DNA of 64,000 bases from a bacterium (GCA_963675295.2 CAXXKJ010000002.1:2784001-2848000); one strand, 5' to 3'; positions 1-9,084 are shown, counted from the stretch's first letter. Notes: generated by a model from the sequence alone, not told the origin. Numbers and translations are program-made.

Positions 1-473
1 CTGGGTATAGTCATCCGTCCTTCCGCATCGATACCCCAATGATCGCCGAGGCGCAAGTTCAGCCCCGCAAACGCGTGTCCCTTGAACAATAGCGAGGTTC
101 GGCTGTGCTGTTCGAGTAATCCGCCCGCGAACACGGTTGAATATTTGCCATGCATCCCGGGACCCGCTGACAGAACAAAGGTCAACCTGGACAATACGGG
201 GAAATCATGCCGTGCAAGGGCGAACAAGGAACTGACACCTATCATTGTCCTCGTGATGTCCTCTTTTTTTATTGCGACTAGAGTCTCGAACCGAAGTTCA
301 GGATCTAGCAACCACTCGGTATCTAATCGCCATTGGCTTCCTCCCTGCCAAGCGGTGTCCATGTACCCAAACGGATATGCTACGGCAGCGCTGATAGAGA
401 ATTGGGACTGCATGCCCTGACAGTCTTGTGGCACCAGCAAGAGGATGCTCAAAATCGCCAGACATGTAAAAAT

Positions 474-1022
474 AAACTACCCCGCAGCAAGCTACGGGGT
501 ATCGACTACTCACAGCTCAAGTCGACTTTGATGTAGCGGCTGGTAGTTAGCTTCTGTACCTTGGTTCATAACGTATTTTCTGATTGTATTTTCGTCACCG
601 TGCGGACCTACGGTGGATATATAATAACCTTTTGTCCAAAATTCCCCACCCCAGAGCTGCTTTTTAACTTTGGGTTGTCGGATAAACATCTCTCGTGCTG
701 TTATGCTCTTTATAGTTCGTACTAATTTTGTAGCACTCATGGTTGGCACGGATTGCACTAAGAAATGCACATGATCTCTATCTATTCCAATTTCTATAAA
801 TTCTATTTCATAACGTTTTTGGATTTCAAAGCAGATATCCTTTAATGTTAAATCTATCTCAGGTTCATCAAATACAACACGACGGTATTTCGCTACACAT
901 ACAAGATGGTATAGCAATATCGATACGTTGTGTTGTTTTCGGATCAGCTCAGACATTCCACAAGAAACCAACTGCAGCTGGCCGAAGCAAGCTTCGGGGC
1001 ATCAACCGCACTGGAGTGAAAC
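474..1022 (-). mobile_element. IS200/IS605-family insertion sequence (tnpA only, about 545 bp)
   Basis: A Y1 transposase lies between two related hairpins: TACCCCGCAGC-AA-GCTACGGGGTA (478-501) and CCGAAGC-AA-GCTTCGG (982-997). The element is AT-rich relative to its flanks, and AAAC occurs at both junctions (474-477 and 1019-1022). Confidence 0.85.
510..956 (-). CDS. tnpA: IS200/IS605 family Y1 (HUH) transposase
   Basis: Contains YHLVCVAKYRR, the HUH motif DHVHFLV, LWGGEFWTKGYY and the catalytic-Tyr helix IRKYVMNQ. Start taken at MSELIRK. Confidence 0.93.
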   Translation of the reverse strand: MSELIRKQHNVSILLYHLVCVAKYRRVVFDEPEIDLTLKDICFEIQKRYEIEFIEIGIDRDHVHFLVQSVPTMSATKLVRTIKSITAREMFIRQPKVKKQLWGGEFWTKGYYISTVGPHGDENTIRKYVMNQGTEANYQPLHQSRLEL

Positions 1023-1047
1023 ATGTACTTGCGTATCATCATCATCC

Positions 1048-1515
1048 TCACGATTTCAGCTCGATGACCAGCACCATGTGTGAGCTGCTGTTTGTCTTGG
1101 GGACAACGGGTTCTGTTTCAACAGGATCATCCCCACCCCCTGTTTTGTATACATGTTCGCCACTCAGGGAAGCGATACCACCGATATACACGGCCAGGAG
1201 ATAAATGCCGTCATCGACCGAATGATTGTCATCATCGGTGTAATCCCACTGCACGGTGTGAACGCCGGCAGCAAACATGCCCTTTGCAAGATCACGGACC
1301 AACTTGCCGCTGGGCTCGTAAACGGCAATCGAGGCCGAGGATGAAGCAGCCAGGGAAAATTCAATCTCGATCGGAACATCCCGGTTGGTGACTACGACAT
1401 CGACATCGTCCTCATCATACAGCGTCGGTTCGACAAGGTTCTCTGTGTCACAGCCGCACAGCAAGCCAATCAGTATCAACAATGGAATCCACGGAAGTAG
1501 CGCATGTCGTCGCAT
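1048..1515 (-). CDS. Lipoprotein with FlgD-Ig-like domain
   Basis: Signal peptide with lipobox LLCG-C; FlgD-Ig pattern IAVYEPSGKLVRDL...TVQWDYTDD...DGIYL. Confidence 0.7.
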   Translation of the reverse strand: MRRHALLPWIPLLILIGLLCGCDTENLVEPTLYDEDDVDVVVTNRDVPIEIEFSLAASSSASIAVYEPSGKLVRDLAKGMFAAGVHTVQWDYTDDDNHSVDDGIYLLAVYIGGIASLSGEHVYKTGGGDDPVETEPVVPKTNSSSHMVLVIELKS

Positions 1516-1531
1516 GTTGTCCCCCTACAAG

Positions 1532-1555
1532 GGGCCTGCCAGGTTCGACAGGCCC
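1532..1555 (-). terminator. GC hairpin downstream of the FG-GAP gene (possible terminator or attenuator)
   Basis: GGGCCTG...CAGGCCC inverted repeat; U-tract is weak. Confidence 0.35.
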
Positions 1556-1576
1556 ACATTGCGTGCTCAGATGGAT

Positions 1577-3436
1577 TTATCGGACCAGCATCACCTTCTG
1601 GACGTCGTTCAACTCGCCAGGTACAACCGTGCGGATGAAAAACAGTCCGCTGGCCAAGTGAGATGCGTCAAACACCAGCCCATGTGTGCCGGCGGAGTGT
1701 TCTCCATCAGCCAGTTGCATCACGAATTGGCCGGTGACGTTGTACACCGCGACGCTTAGATCGGCTGTTTCGGGAAGGTTGACATGAATCGTGGTCGTTG
1801 GATTAAACGGGTTGGGATAGGCGGCGCTGCACTCATACTGCAACGGCAACCCATCGTTGTCAGATGCTTTGGTTGTTACAGCTGAATGGGTGAACGCAGA
1901 GTGAACACCATCCGCTCGCCAGTGTGTACTTGAGTTGCCGGGAGCTGTGTTTCCCGCGACGATTTCAAAATCAAACTCGTCGCTGCCTACGACCGCATAC
2001 GGGAAACGTCCGGCGTACATGCGGTAGGTATAGGAACCAAGCGGAGCATTTCCGGGGATTTGTTGCCCGAGACCTGATGCGAAGAGTACACCGCCCGGAG
2101 CGATCGGTAGTTGTTCGATCAACCACACAGGCCCGTATTCATCGCCATTGGGAAGGACCGCTACGGTCCAGATGTCGACATAGCGGAATGTGGGTAGCAG
2201 GCTGTGAATGACCGCGTCATATTGAAAGTACCCACCGCGCTGGACATGCAACATCGGCTGAGCGATCAGAGTCACATCGAACAGGTTTGGCAACTCAACT
2301 GGTCCAACCTGCTCCCACAGGGTGATTTCCTGGGCGTAGACTGCGGATCCTAGCACGTCGATGTCGCCGTCTTCATCCATATCCATGGCGAGCACATAGA
2401 ATGCACCATCGAAGTCGCCGTCGATTGTATGCTCGGTCCAGTTTGCCACATTGTTCGTGCCATCGTTCTCCCACCACGCAACCTCACCGCCGGTGACGGC
2501 TGTTGCGAGAATGTCGGTGTCACCATCTCCATCAACGTCTGACGCATACACACCTGCTGCCCAGTCAAAATCATCGCATACGGTGTGTTCGATCCAGTTG
2601 TCGACATTGTTGGTGCCGTCATTCTCCCACCACGTGACATCATCGTCATCCCGGCAGGTACCGAGCACATCGATGTCACCGTCACCATCCATATCTTCAG
2701 CGTAGACATACTGAGCCCCGGTGAACGCCCCGTCAATTGTGTGTTCGGTCCAATTGTCGACGTTGTTGGTGCCGTCATTTTCCCACCACGTGATGTCGTC
2801 GGCGTAGGATGCGGCTCCCAGAATGTCAATATCTCCGTCGTCGTCAACGTCTCGTGCGTAGATCCCATTTGCCCCGTCGAAAGCACCATCGACCGTGTGT
2901 TCGGTCCAGTTGTCGACGTTGTTGGTCCCATCATTTTCCCACCACGTGACATCATCGTCATCTTTCGCAGCTCCGAGCACATCTACATCACCGTCGCTGT
3001 CGACATCGATCGCGAACACACAGTGTGCGCTGTTGTAAGCGTTGTCGACCACATGTTCGACCCATACCTCGGTGTTACCGGCCCCGTCGCTTTCCCACCA
3101 GACGATTCGATCACCGAGCTTGTCTGCACATAACACATCGGTGTCACCATCTCCATCAACATCGATTGCATAGACATAAAATGGATCGATAACGGACGAT
3201 CCGACCAGATGCATCGTCCAATCGGCCAGATTGTTTGTGCCGTCATTCTCAAACCAGACGACCTCATCGTTGTTAATGATCCCAGCGATGATATCGATAT
3301 CACCATCGCCGTTCATATCGGTCGCATGCACCGAGCGGCAGTCAAACACACCATCCGCGGAGTGTTCGATCCATTGCTGAGCAGCTGCCAGAACCGGCAG
3401 CAAAATCGCAACCAAGACACACACTTTCACCTTCAT
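1577..3436 (-). CDS. Secreted FG-GAP/VCBS-repeat beta-propeller protein with T9SS-type C-terminal sorting domain
   Basis: Signal peptide; seven DxDxDGDxD repeats; C-terminal YPNPFNP...QKVMLVR. Confidence 0.88.
   Translation of the reverse strand: MKVKVCVLVAILLPVLAAAQQWIEHSADGVFDCRSVHATDMNGDGDIDIIAGIINNDEVVWFENDGTNNLADWTMHLVGSSVIDPFYVYAIDVDGDGDTDVLCADKLGDRIVWWESDGAGNTEVWVEHVVDNAYNSAHCVFAIDVDSDGDVDVLGAAKDDDDVTWWENDGTNNVDNWTEHTVDGAFDGANGIYARDVDDDGDIDILGAASYADDITWWENDGTNNVDNWTEHTIDGAFTGAQYVYAEDMDGDGDIDVLGTCRDDDDVTWWENDGTNNVDNWIEHTVCDDFDWAAGVYASDVDGDGDTDILATAVTGGEVAWWENDGTNNVANWTEHTIDGDFDGAFYVLAMDMDEDGDIDVLGSAVYAQEITLWEQVGPVELPNLFDVTLIAQPMLHVQRGGYFQYDAVIHSLLPTFRYVDIWTVAVLPNGDEYGPVWLIEQLPIAPGGVLFASGLGQQIPGNAPLGSYTYRMYAGRFPYAVVGSDEFDFEIVAGNTAPGNSSTHWRADGVHSAFTHSAVTTKASDNDGLPLQYECSAAYPNPFNPTTTIHVNLPETADLSVAVYNVTGQFVMQLADGEHSAGTHGLVFDASHLASGLFFIRTVVPGELNDVQKVMLVR
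2400..3260 (-). repeat. Intragenic 156-bp (52-aa) tandem repeats
   Basis: CCACCACG recurs at 2471, 2627, 2783 and 2939; the peptide WWENDGTNNVxNWxEHT is repeated. Confidence 0.85.
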
Positions 3437-3481
3437 GATTTCCCCCAGTACTTGTCTTCGCTATTCCTTTCCTTCTTATAG

Positions 3482-3498
3482 TGCAAGTGTTGCGCCAG
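3482..3498 (-). promoter_or_regulatory. sigma54 (-24/-12) promoter of the FG-GAP secreted protein gene
   Basis: Minus strand reads CTGGCGCAACACTTGCA (GG-N10-GC, close to TGGCAC-N5-TTGC), about 45 bp upstream of the ATG. Confidence 0.8.
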
Positions 3499-3525
3499 AT
3501 AGTACGGAGCACCTACACTTTTATT

Positions 3526-3538
3526 AATCAATGATTTA
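3526..3538. promoter_or_regulatory. IHF-binding site
   Basis: AATCAATGATTTA matches WATCAANNNNTTR exactly and sits between the promoter and the enhancer sites. Confidence 0.65.
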
Positions 3539-3569
3539 ACCTAGAAAGACGTAGGAGGAGAAGTCAATG

Positions 3570-3609
3570 TGTCATCTCAGGATGACAGGGGTGTAATCTC
3601 GGGATTGCG
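3570..3609. promoter_or_regulatory. Tandem enhancer (bEBP) sites
   Basis: TGTCATC-TCAG-GATGACA (3570-3587, perfect 7-bp arms) and TGTAATC-TCGG-GATTGCG (3592-3609). Confidence 0.7.
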
Positions 3610-3690
3610 CGGAAAACCGGAAAACGGTCGGAAGGTTGACAAGCACTGGTGGGATCCTGCCAGTAACCAGGGAAGCCATTCCTGATGCTA

Positions 3691-5070
3691 TCAGGAATCA
3701 GATAGTTCGCGGAAGTCGGCAGGATCAAGGCCCAGGGTGGAGAATATCTTGTACAGGCTGGGTCTTTGAATACCAGAGCAACGGGCGACATCTGCCACTT
3801 TCCCACCTTCCCGTTTCAACAATTCCGTGAAATACCTTAGACGGAATTGCTGTAGCGCAGCCTCATAATCGATGTTACCATCGACTTCGCTTGGGGCGTT
3901 GTCGGCCAACCTCCCGAACATCAGTTTATCCGGCGTAATCTCGGTGCCTGTGGTTCGGATGCAGGCGGCTTCGAGCACGGCGAACAACTCGCGTACGTTT
4001 CCCGGCCAACTGTAGTTCATCAGCTGCTTCATTGTTTCTTTGGACAGCATGGGTGGGTTGTTCTGCCTCCCACGGATCTTCTTCTCAAGATAATAGGCGG
4101 CGAGAACAGGGATATCGTCCAGGTGTTCACGTAGCGGCGGCAGCTCGATCGGAAAAACGTGCAATCGGTAGTACAGGTCTTTGCGGAATGATCCGTCTTT
4201 GACTAGATCCTCCATATTCCGGTTGGTTGCCGCGATGATTCGTACATCAGCCGCTAGTGATCGCATCCCGCCGACACGTCGGAACTCGTGGGTTTCAATC
4301 ACTCGCAGAAGTTTCACCTGCATGTGTGTTGGCAGGTCGCCGATCTCGTCGAGGAACAACGTGCCGCCGTCTGCGATTTCGAAACAGCCAGCTTTTTTTC
4401 CGGTAGCACCGGTGAATGCCCCACGCTCGTGCCCGAAAATCTCACTTTCGAACAATTGCTCGGGCAAATCGGGCAAGGAAACCACGACAAAGGGCTTGTC
4501 TGCCCGTCCCGACAGCCGGTGCAGTTCGCGAGCGACAAGGTCTTTTCCTGTACCGGTTTCACCGGTGATGAGGACAGTGCTGTCCGTCGGGGCGGCTTGA
4601 CGGATCAGTTGCCGAACCTGCTCGACTGCCACATTCTGGCCGATATAGCCGCCGGCAGCCTGGTTCAGACGGTCTCGCAGATGCCCCAGTTCGCGACGCT
4701 GTGCCTTTCCATTCAGTGCACGCGAAATCATCGCGTCCAGTTCTTCCACGTCTGGCGACTTGCCGATATAGTCATCGGCGCCGAGTTTCATGGCACGGAC
4801 GACTGAATTCAAGTCCCGCAGCTTGGAGATCATGAAAACAGGTAGCAGGGGATCGATCGATTTGATCTTTGTGAGGACTTCAAGACCGTCCAATCGTTTC
4901 GGACCGAAATCAATGTCCAATAGTACCGCGTCAGGTGTGTATTCTTCCAGCTTTGCTATCGCCTCTTCACCACTCTCGCACTCCTGGATCTCATACTGAT
5001 CACGAAGTACAAGGGCTAGTGTTCTGCGGAATCCATTGTCGTCGTCAACCAGCAGGATGTGACGCTTCAT
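3691..5070 (-). CDS. sigma54-dependent response regulator (REC-AAA+-HTH, NtrC/AtoC family)
   Basis: REC motifs LLVDDD and LLDID; Walker A GETGTGKD; GAFTGA; Walker B LFLDEIG; WPGNVREL; C-terminal HTH. Confidence 0.96.
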   Translation of the reverse strand: MKRHILLVDDDNGFRRTLALVLRDQYEIQECESGEEAIAKLEEYTPDAVLLDIDFGPKRLDGLEVLTKIKSIDPLLPVFMISKLRDLNSVVRAMKLGADDYIGKSPDVEELDAMISRALNGKAQRRELGHLRDRLNQAAGGYIGQNVAVEQVRQLIRQAAPTDSTVLITGETGTGKDLVARELHRLSGRADKPFVVVSLPDLPEQLFESEIFGHERGAFTGATGKKAGCFEIADGGTLFLDEIGDLPTHMQVKLLRVIETHEFRRVGGMRSLAADVRIIAATNRNMEDLVKDGSFRKDLYYRLHVFPIELPPLREHLDDIPVLAAYYLEKKIRGRQNNPPMLSKETMKQLMNYSWPGNVRELFAVLEAACIRTTGTEITPDKLMFGRLADNAPSEVDGNIDYEAALQQFRLRYFTELLKREGGKVADVARCSGIQRPSLYKIFSTLGLDPADFRELSDS

Positions 5071-8000
5071 TGACTGGCTCCGCTTTTCTCGGCGTATCTC
5101 AACTCGATTCGCATGGTCGTACCCTGATCGGCCGATGATTCAGCAACGTAAATCGTGCCACCGAACCGTTGCAACAATTCCTTACTGCGATACAATCCGA
5201 AACCACCTCCCTCACCTCCGCCTTGGGCAGAAGTACTGAATGAGGCATCAAAGATGGCTTCCCAAAACTCCTCTTTGATGCCTGGTCCCGAATCGATAAC
5301 GTCCACCCTGACCATGACGGCAGACTGCTGCACCTGCAGACGCAGTTGCCTGGTCGTCCTGTTGGCCAGTACCCGCAGGCTGTTTTGAACCAGGTTGTCC
5401 AGCACGAACATCAGGTGTTGGCGGGGCAGCCTGACGAGCACATCTGCGGAATCGGTGTCAACCCTCAGTGTAATTCCCTTGGCAGCGATTTCGGATTCAT
5501 ATCGTTTCAGAACATCAGCAAGAACATCCGCCAGTACGGACGAGAACTCCGGCGACAGTTCAGCGCGCAAGCGGTCAATGCTCTCGTCAAGGTTTTCCAG
5601 CAGGTTCAACGTTTTCTCTGCATGCGGAATCTCTCCACGGACGATCGTGTCTTCCACTCGGCGCAGCCTCTGGTCCAACGTCCGCAGACGATCATTCAGC
5701 AGGTGCCCGTTCCCGCCGTTGACCTTCGTTGCTCGAGCCAGATGATCGATTCGCTGCAATGCTGGAAAGGTGTAGGTCTGAATCTGACTGATCAGCTCGT
5801 GAATGTGTCCTGCCAGTTCCGGACCGGGTTGCGTCGAACGATGGGACAGGTTCTGCAACAGGAATTTGAGACTGTCGACCGGACTTTCGACCTGCTTGTT
5901 CTGGTGCCGGAACTGAATCAGCTCGAGGTACAGCTGTTCACGATCCGTGTGACTGTGCGTTCGCTTCCGTGCCACTGCCCCGGGAATGGTCACCGTAGCG
6001 AATACGATCAGCGAGGCCCCGACATACCCGGCAACGAACCAGGGATAGAATCCCCAGAAGATGTACATCGCGAACAGCACAAAGGCTGCGAGCATCGCCA
6101 GTTTGCTGAGCGGTCGGCGCTTTTTCGGCCACAACCAGCCCATTAACAAGGCTGCCAACAGCAGCGGAAGACCCTGAAGCCAGAGTGGCAACCTTTTCAC
6201 CAGGTGCTGCACTGATGTTCGCCACAGAATCATCGGCGTCGCGACTGCCAGCTGGAACAATTGAGATCCAGATTCCACCACGGTGACAGTTGAACCCGCA
6301 CGGATGCCAGTCCTTAAGATTCGCAGTCCGGATGGGAAGACACATTCGAGATCAACGAGCCTTTGTTCGCCGGTTCCGAAGTGGATGGTTCTACTGGAGT
6401 GCGATGATTTTCCGCCGGTCTCAGCGGCTTGCCTGTATCCGAGCAATGCGTCCGACTCACCGAGACGACCATGGTGAAACAGTCGAACAACCGCCCCGAT
6501 TCCGTCACGGTTTGACTGAGTTCCGATCAGGTTCACTTTTAGGAATTGATTGTTATTGCATGGGTTGAGCTTCACTCGGTAATTGAGAAAATAGTCAACG
6601 ATGACGATGTCCAGATCGCCGTCATCATCGAGATCGCCACTAAGCAATCCATTCCCACCGCCAGAATCTTCAAATCCCGAGCCGATGATCTCATTCTTGA
6701 AACTGCCGTCTCCGTTGTTGATGAACAGGGCATTTTCCATGTCCACGTTCAGCAGGTACAGATCCAGCCACCCATCTTGATTCAGATCGAGAAATTCCGC
6801 TGCTTCGGTGGTGAAAGTCTGCGTGAGTGCAACCGAATCGGTGACATCGACAAATCCTTCTACTCCACGATTTTCAAGCAAGACGCCACTTTTACGATAG
6901 CTGTTCTCTGCTTCCGGATACCACGGCAGGTAGCAGGCATACAGGTCCAGATCTCCATCGTTGTCGTAATCCCCTTGACAGAATGTGTGATACGGATTGC
7001 CGCCCGGTTTTAATAGAATGTCCAACTGCTGTTCGGCAGCATTGAACTCAAATGCCCCCTGCCGGTAGTGAAGTTCGGTAAGCGGCGCATATAGATCAGA
7101 AATGCGATCCCCATCGTAGTCAGCAAATGCCGGGTGAGCAGTTCCGAGTCCATAGACCCAGTAGGCATCCAGACGGGAGTCAATGCGTTCATACCTTCGC
7201 TTTTTAACGGATTGAAACACATTGATTTTAAATTTGTTAACCTGATTCTCTTTCTTCCTGAAGTGATTGGCATAGCCATGATGAAGCAGGATATCCAGGT
7301 AACTGTCCTCGTCAAGATCCTGCACCAGAAAACCGGTCCAGTTCAATGGATCAGAAATGAAACCCCACCTTTCAGTCCCCGACTCAAATACTCCAGAACC
7401 ACGGTTTTCGAATAGCTGTGGCGGGCTTATGGCGTATTCGTTGGCCAGGAGGATATCCTGGTCGCCATCGTTGTCCAGATCGGCAAACAGCGCAGAGCTC
7501 CCCACTCCGATATCGCCGGCACCTTTCAATTTGGACTGGAAAAACTCTCCGTGACCGTTGTTAAGCAGCAACGGATTCGGATGCAGATGCGACGCGAAGT
7601 ACAGATCCAGGTCGCCATCACCGTCGGCATCTCCCAGCGCGGCAGCGTTGGGGTGGAATTTTGGCGAGTGGCTCAATTCATCCAGGGATTCGACAAGCGA
7701 GGGACTTGGATAATCCTCGAATGGACACAGGCGGGCGGGACCGACATAGATGTTATCCAGCCAGACATGCTGGATGCGTGTACCTCCGACATCGATTTCC
7801 AGCGAAGCCAGCCGGATGTTTCCAGCCAGGTCCGGGTATTGCGATTCAAGCAACCGTACGAGGCTGTCCACGGATACCGAAACACAATGCCATCGATTCG
7901 GTACCGTGGGTATCAGGCATTCATAGCTGAAGGTATACCGTGTACATGCATACCAATCGTAGTAGAACAGCCGTGAACTGTCCTGTGGCACCTTGAAATT

Positions 8001-8393
8001 CAGCCGCACGTTGGTGAAGTTCGTTTCCCACACGTCCGATACTTTCCATTCCCAGCGAAATGTGGTTGCTTCGTCGGGGCGAACATTCATCCAAGGTTGC
8101 AGGTCACGGCGAATCCTACAGCGTTGATTACCAGCCGGATCGAACAAGCTGACATCGAGACGCAACGTGGATGATCCGTCATGACCCGTGTTTGGTTCGA
8201 TGGAAAGGGACGTTGCCCCCGCCTCTTCGGCGATGTACCACGGCGAGGGAGTTGTCCGGTCGAACTCGTCAATCAGTGCGGTTATCTGTGCGGATGCTGA
8301 GGAAATTATGCACAGAGTCAGGATGGCCAGGAGCGCAATTGTTCCTGTTTCGTGCAGCGTTTGGCGTGATATATCTGGCATGCCCCACTTCAT
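5067..8393 (-). CDS. Sensor histidine kinase with extracytoplasmic FG-GAP/CRTAC1-ASPIC(UnbV)-like region
   Basis: N-terminal hydrophobic segment; GDADGDGDLDLY-type repeats; ASPIC-like SNRDGIGAVV...IHFG; about 3 TM segments; HATPase boxes DNLVQNS, DSGPGI, IFDASFST and GGFGL. Overlaps the regulator start by 4 bp. Start uncertain (8468, 8393 or 8381). Confidence 0.85.
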   Translation of the reverse strand: MKWGMPDISRQTLHETGTIALLAILTLCIISSASAQITALIDEFDRTTPSPWYIAEEAGATSLSIEPNTGHDGSSTLRLDVSLFDPAGNQRCRIRRDLQPWMNVRPDEATTFRWEWKVSDVWETNFTNVRLNFKVPQDSSRLFYYDWYACTRYTFSYECLIPTVPNRWHCVSVSVDSLVRLLESQYPDLAGNIRLASLEIDVGGTRIQHVWLDNIYVGPARLCPFEDYPSPSLVESLDELSHSPKFHPNAAALGDADGDGDLDLYFASHLHPNPLLLNNGHGEFFQSKLKGAGDIGVGSSALFADLDNDGDQDILLANEYAISPPQLFENRGSGVFESGTERWGFISDPLNWTGFLVQDLDEDSYLDILLHHGYANHFRKKENQVNKFKINVFQSVKKRRYERIDSRLDAYWVYGLGTAHPAFADYDGDRISDLYAPLTELHYRQGAFEFNAAEQQLDILLKPGGNPYHTFCQGDYDNDGDLDLYACYLPWYPEAENSYRKSGVLLENRGVEGFVDVTDSVALTQTFTTEAAEFLDLNQDGWLDLYLLNVDMENALFINNGDGSFKNEIIGSGFEDSGGGNGLLSGDLDDDGDLDIVIVDYFLNYRVKLNPCNNNQFLKVNLIGTQSNRDGIGAVVRLFHHGRLGESDALLGYRQAAETGGKSSHSSRTIHFGTGEQRLVDLECVFPSGLRILRTGIRAGSTVTVVESGSQLFQLAVATPMILWRTSVQHLVKRLPLWLQGLPLLLAALLMGWLWPKKRRPLSKLAMLAAFVLFAMYIFWGFYPWFVAGYVGASLIVFATVTIPGAVARKRTHSHTDREQLYLELIQFRHQNKQVESPVDSLKFLLQNLSHRSTQPGPELAGHIHELISQIQTYTFPALQRIDHLARATKVNGGNGHLLNDRLRTLDQRLRRVEDTIVRGEIPHAEKTLNLLENLDESIDRLRAELSPEFSSVLADVLADVLKRYESEIAAKGITLRVDTDSADVLVRLPRQHLMFVLDNLVQNSLRVLANRTTRQLRLQVQQSAVMVRVDVIDSGPGIKEEFWEAIFDASFSTSAQGGGEGGGFGLYRSKELLQRFGGTIYVAESSADQGTTMRIELRYAEKSGASQ

Positions 8394-8531
8394 GCCCACT
8401 GTCCCCCAATTCGTCGGATTGAAGTGACTCTCCGATGAACCCAGGCAAGATATGTGCCTCATGATCACGAAGTAAAAAACGTTCCGCTATCCCGCATTTG
8501 TTCCTCCCCTGCAAAGCTCTCGACAGAAAAG

Positions 8532-8570
8532 TGTCTCCCACGTATGACAGGTTGTCAGCTGAAACAGACG
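8532..8570. promoter_or_regulatory. Tandem enhancer (bEBP) sites
   Basis: TGTCTCCCACGTATGACA (8532-8549) and TGTCAGCTGAAACAGACG (8553-8570); TGTC-N10-GAC pattern with a 21-bp period. Confidence 0.62.
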
Positions 8571-8643
8571 GATGCTTCATCGGCTCGCATGTTGGAATTT
8601 TCTAAACCATTGTTTATTCAAATCTTGTTTCCAACCTCAACCT

Positions 8644-8660
8644 CAGGCCCTGTGTTTGCG
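8644..8660 (+). promoter_or_regulatory. sigma54 (-24/-12) promoter of the candidate sRNA
   Basis: CAGGCCCTGTGTTTGCG (GG-N10-GC with TTGC), 76 bp from the enhancer pair. Confidence 0.55.
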
Positions 8661-8670
8661 AATGTTGTGG

Positions 8671-8878
8671 CTGTCCAAGGGTGACGTAGTCGCGCGGACT
8701 GGATTCGTACAGGGGAAGGGCTCAGGGGCTACCTCCAGTGAATCTACCCGCGCCCAATGGAGACACGCACGGCGGTTCCGCTTTCCCCCGTGTGGTATGA
8801 AACCCAGCGCTGATCCACGGATGCGCGAAATAAGACGTGCAAGGAGGGGAGGTTGGGATTCGTCCCAGCCTCCTTTCT
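8671..8878 (+). ncRNA. Candidate sigma54-dependent small RNA (about 205 nt)
   Basis: Bounded by a -24/-12 promoter and a terminator; internal stems GCGCGG/CCGCGC, GGATTC/GAATCT and CACGG/CCGTG; no convincing ORF with an RBS. Confidence 0.45.
8848..8878 (+). terminator. Rho-independent terminator
   Basis: GGAGGTTGGGA-TTCG-TCCCAGCCTCC-TTTCT. Confidence 0.75.
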
Positions 8879-8958
8879 GGTTCATCAAGGCGTCTTTGTC
8901 GGAGCACGGTTTCGAAACCTCCAGCAACCGATCCAGCAGTCCTGTTTCCAGGCAAACC

Positions 8959-8997
8959 TGTCTCCCTTGGAAAACAGTTTGTCATCCAGCGAAGACA
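8959..8997. promoter_or_regulatory. Tandem enhancer (bEBP) sites
   Basis: TGTCTCCCTTGGAAAACA (8959-8976) and TGTCATCCAGCGAAGACA (8980-8997); 21-bp period. Confidence 0.65.
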
Positions 8998-9067
8998 CTA
9001 TTGTGGTGCTTTACTCCCCACCGAATGCAAAGCATTTGATTCCACTGAAATTACCAATTCTGGTTTT

Positions 9068-9084
9068 TCGGCATTCGATTTGCC
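9068..9084 (+). promoter_or_regulatory. sigma54 (-24/-12) promoter of the beta-helix protein gene
   Basis: TCGGCATTCGATTTGCC (GG-N10-GC), 73 bp from the enhancer pair. An IHF-like AATCAAATGCTTT lies on the minus strand at 9029-9041. Confidence 0.62.

Larger units (their letters stand above)
1..1039 (-). pseudogene. IS-interrupted gene for a secreted, probably outer-membrane beta-barrel protein; 3' end runs off the window
   Basis: The minus frame is open from 476 to 1 (FIFTCLAILSILLLVPQDCQGMQSQFSISAAVAYPFG...GHAFAGLNLRLGDHWGIDAEGRMTIP). Deleting 478-1022 joins it in frame to MIRKYM (ATG at 1039, GAGG upstream), giving the signal peptide MIRKYMFIFTCLAILSILLLVPQDCQG. The barrel call rests on an alternating hydrophobic pattern only. 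Confidence 0.65.

Noticed and set aside
2400-3260. Regularly spaced repeats as a CRISPR array (also 20568-21200)
   Set aside because: The periods of 156 and 216 bp are in-frame protein repeats without unique spacers, and no cas genes are present.
8572-9039. 155-aa ORF and other short ORFs in the kinase/beta-helix intergenic region
   Set aside because: They run through a terminator and enhancer sites and have no protein-like features or RBS.
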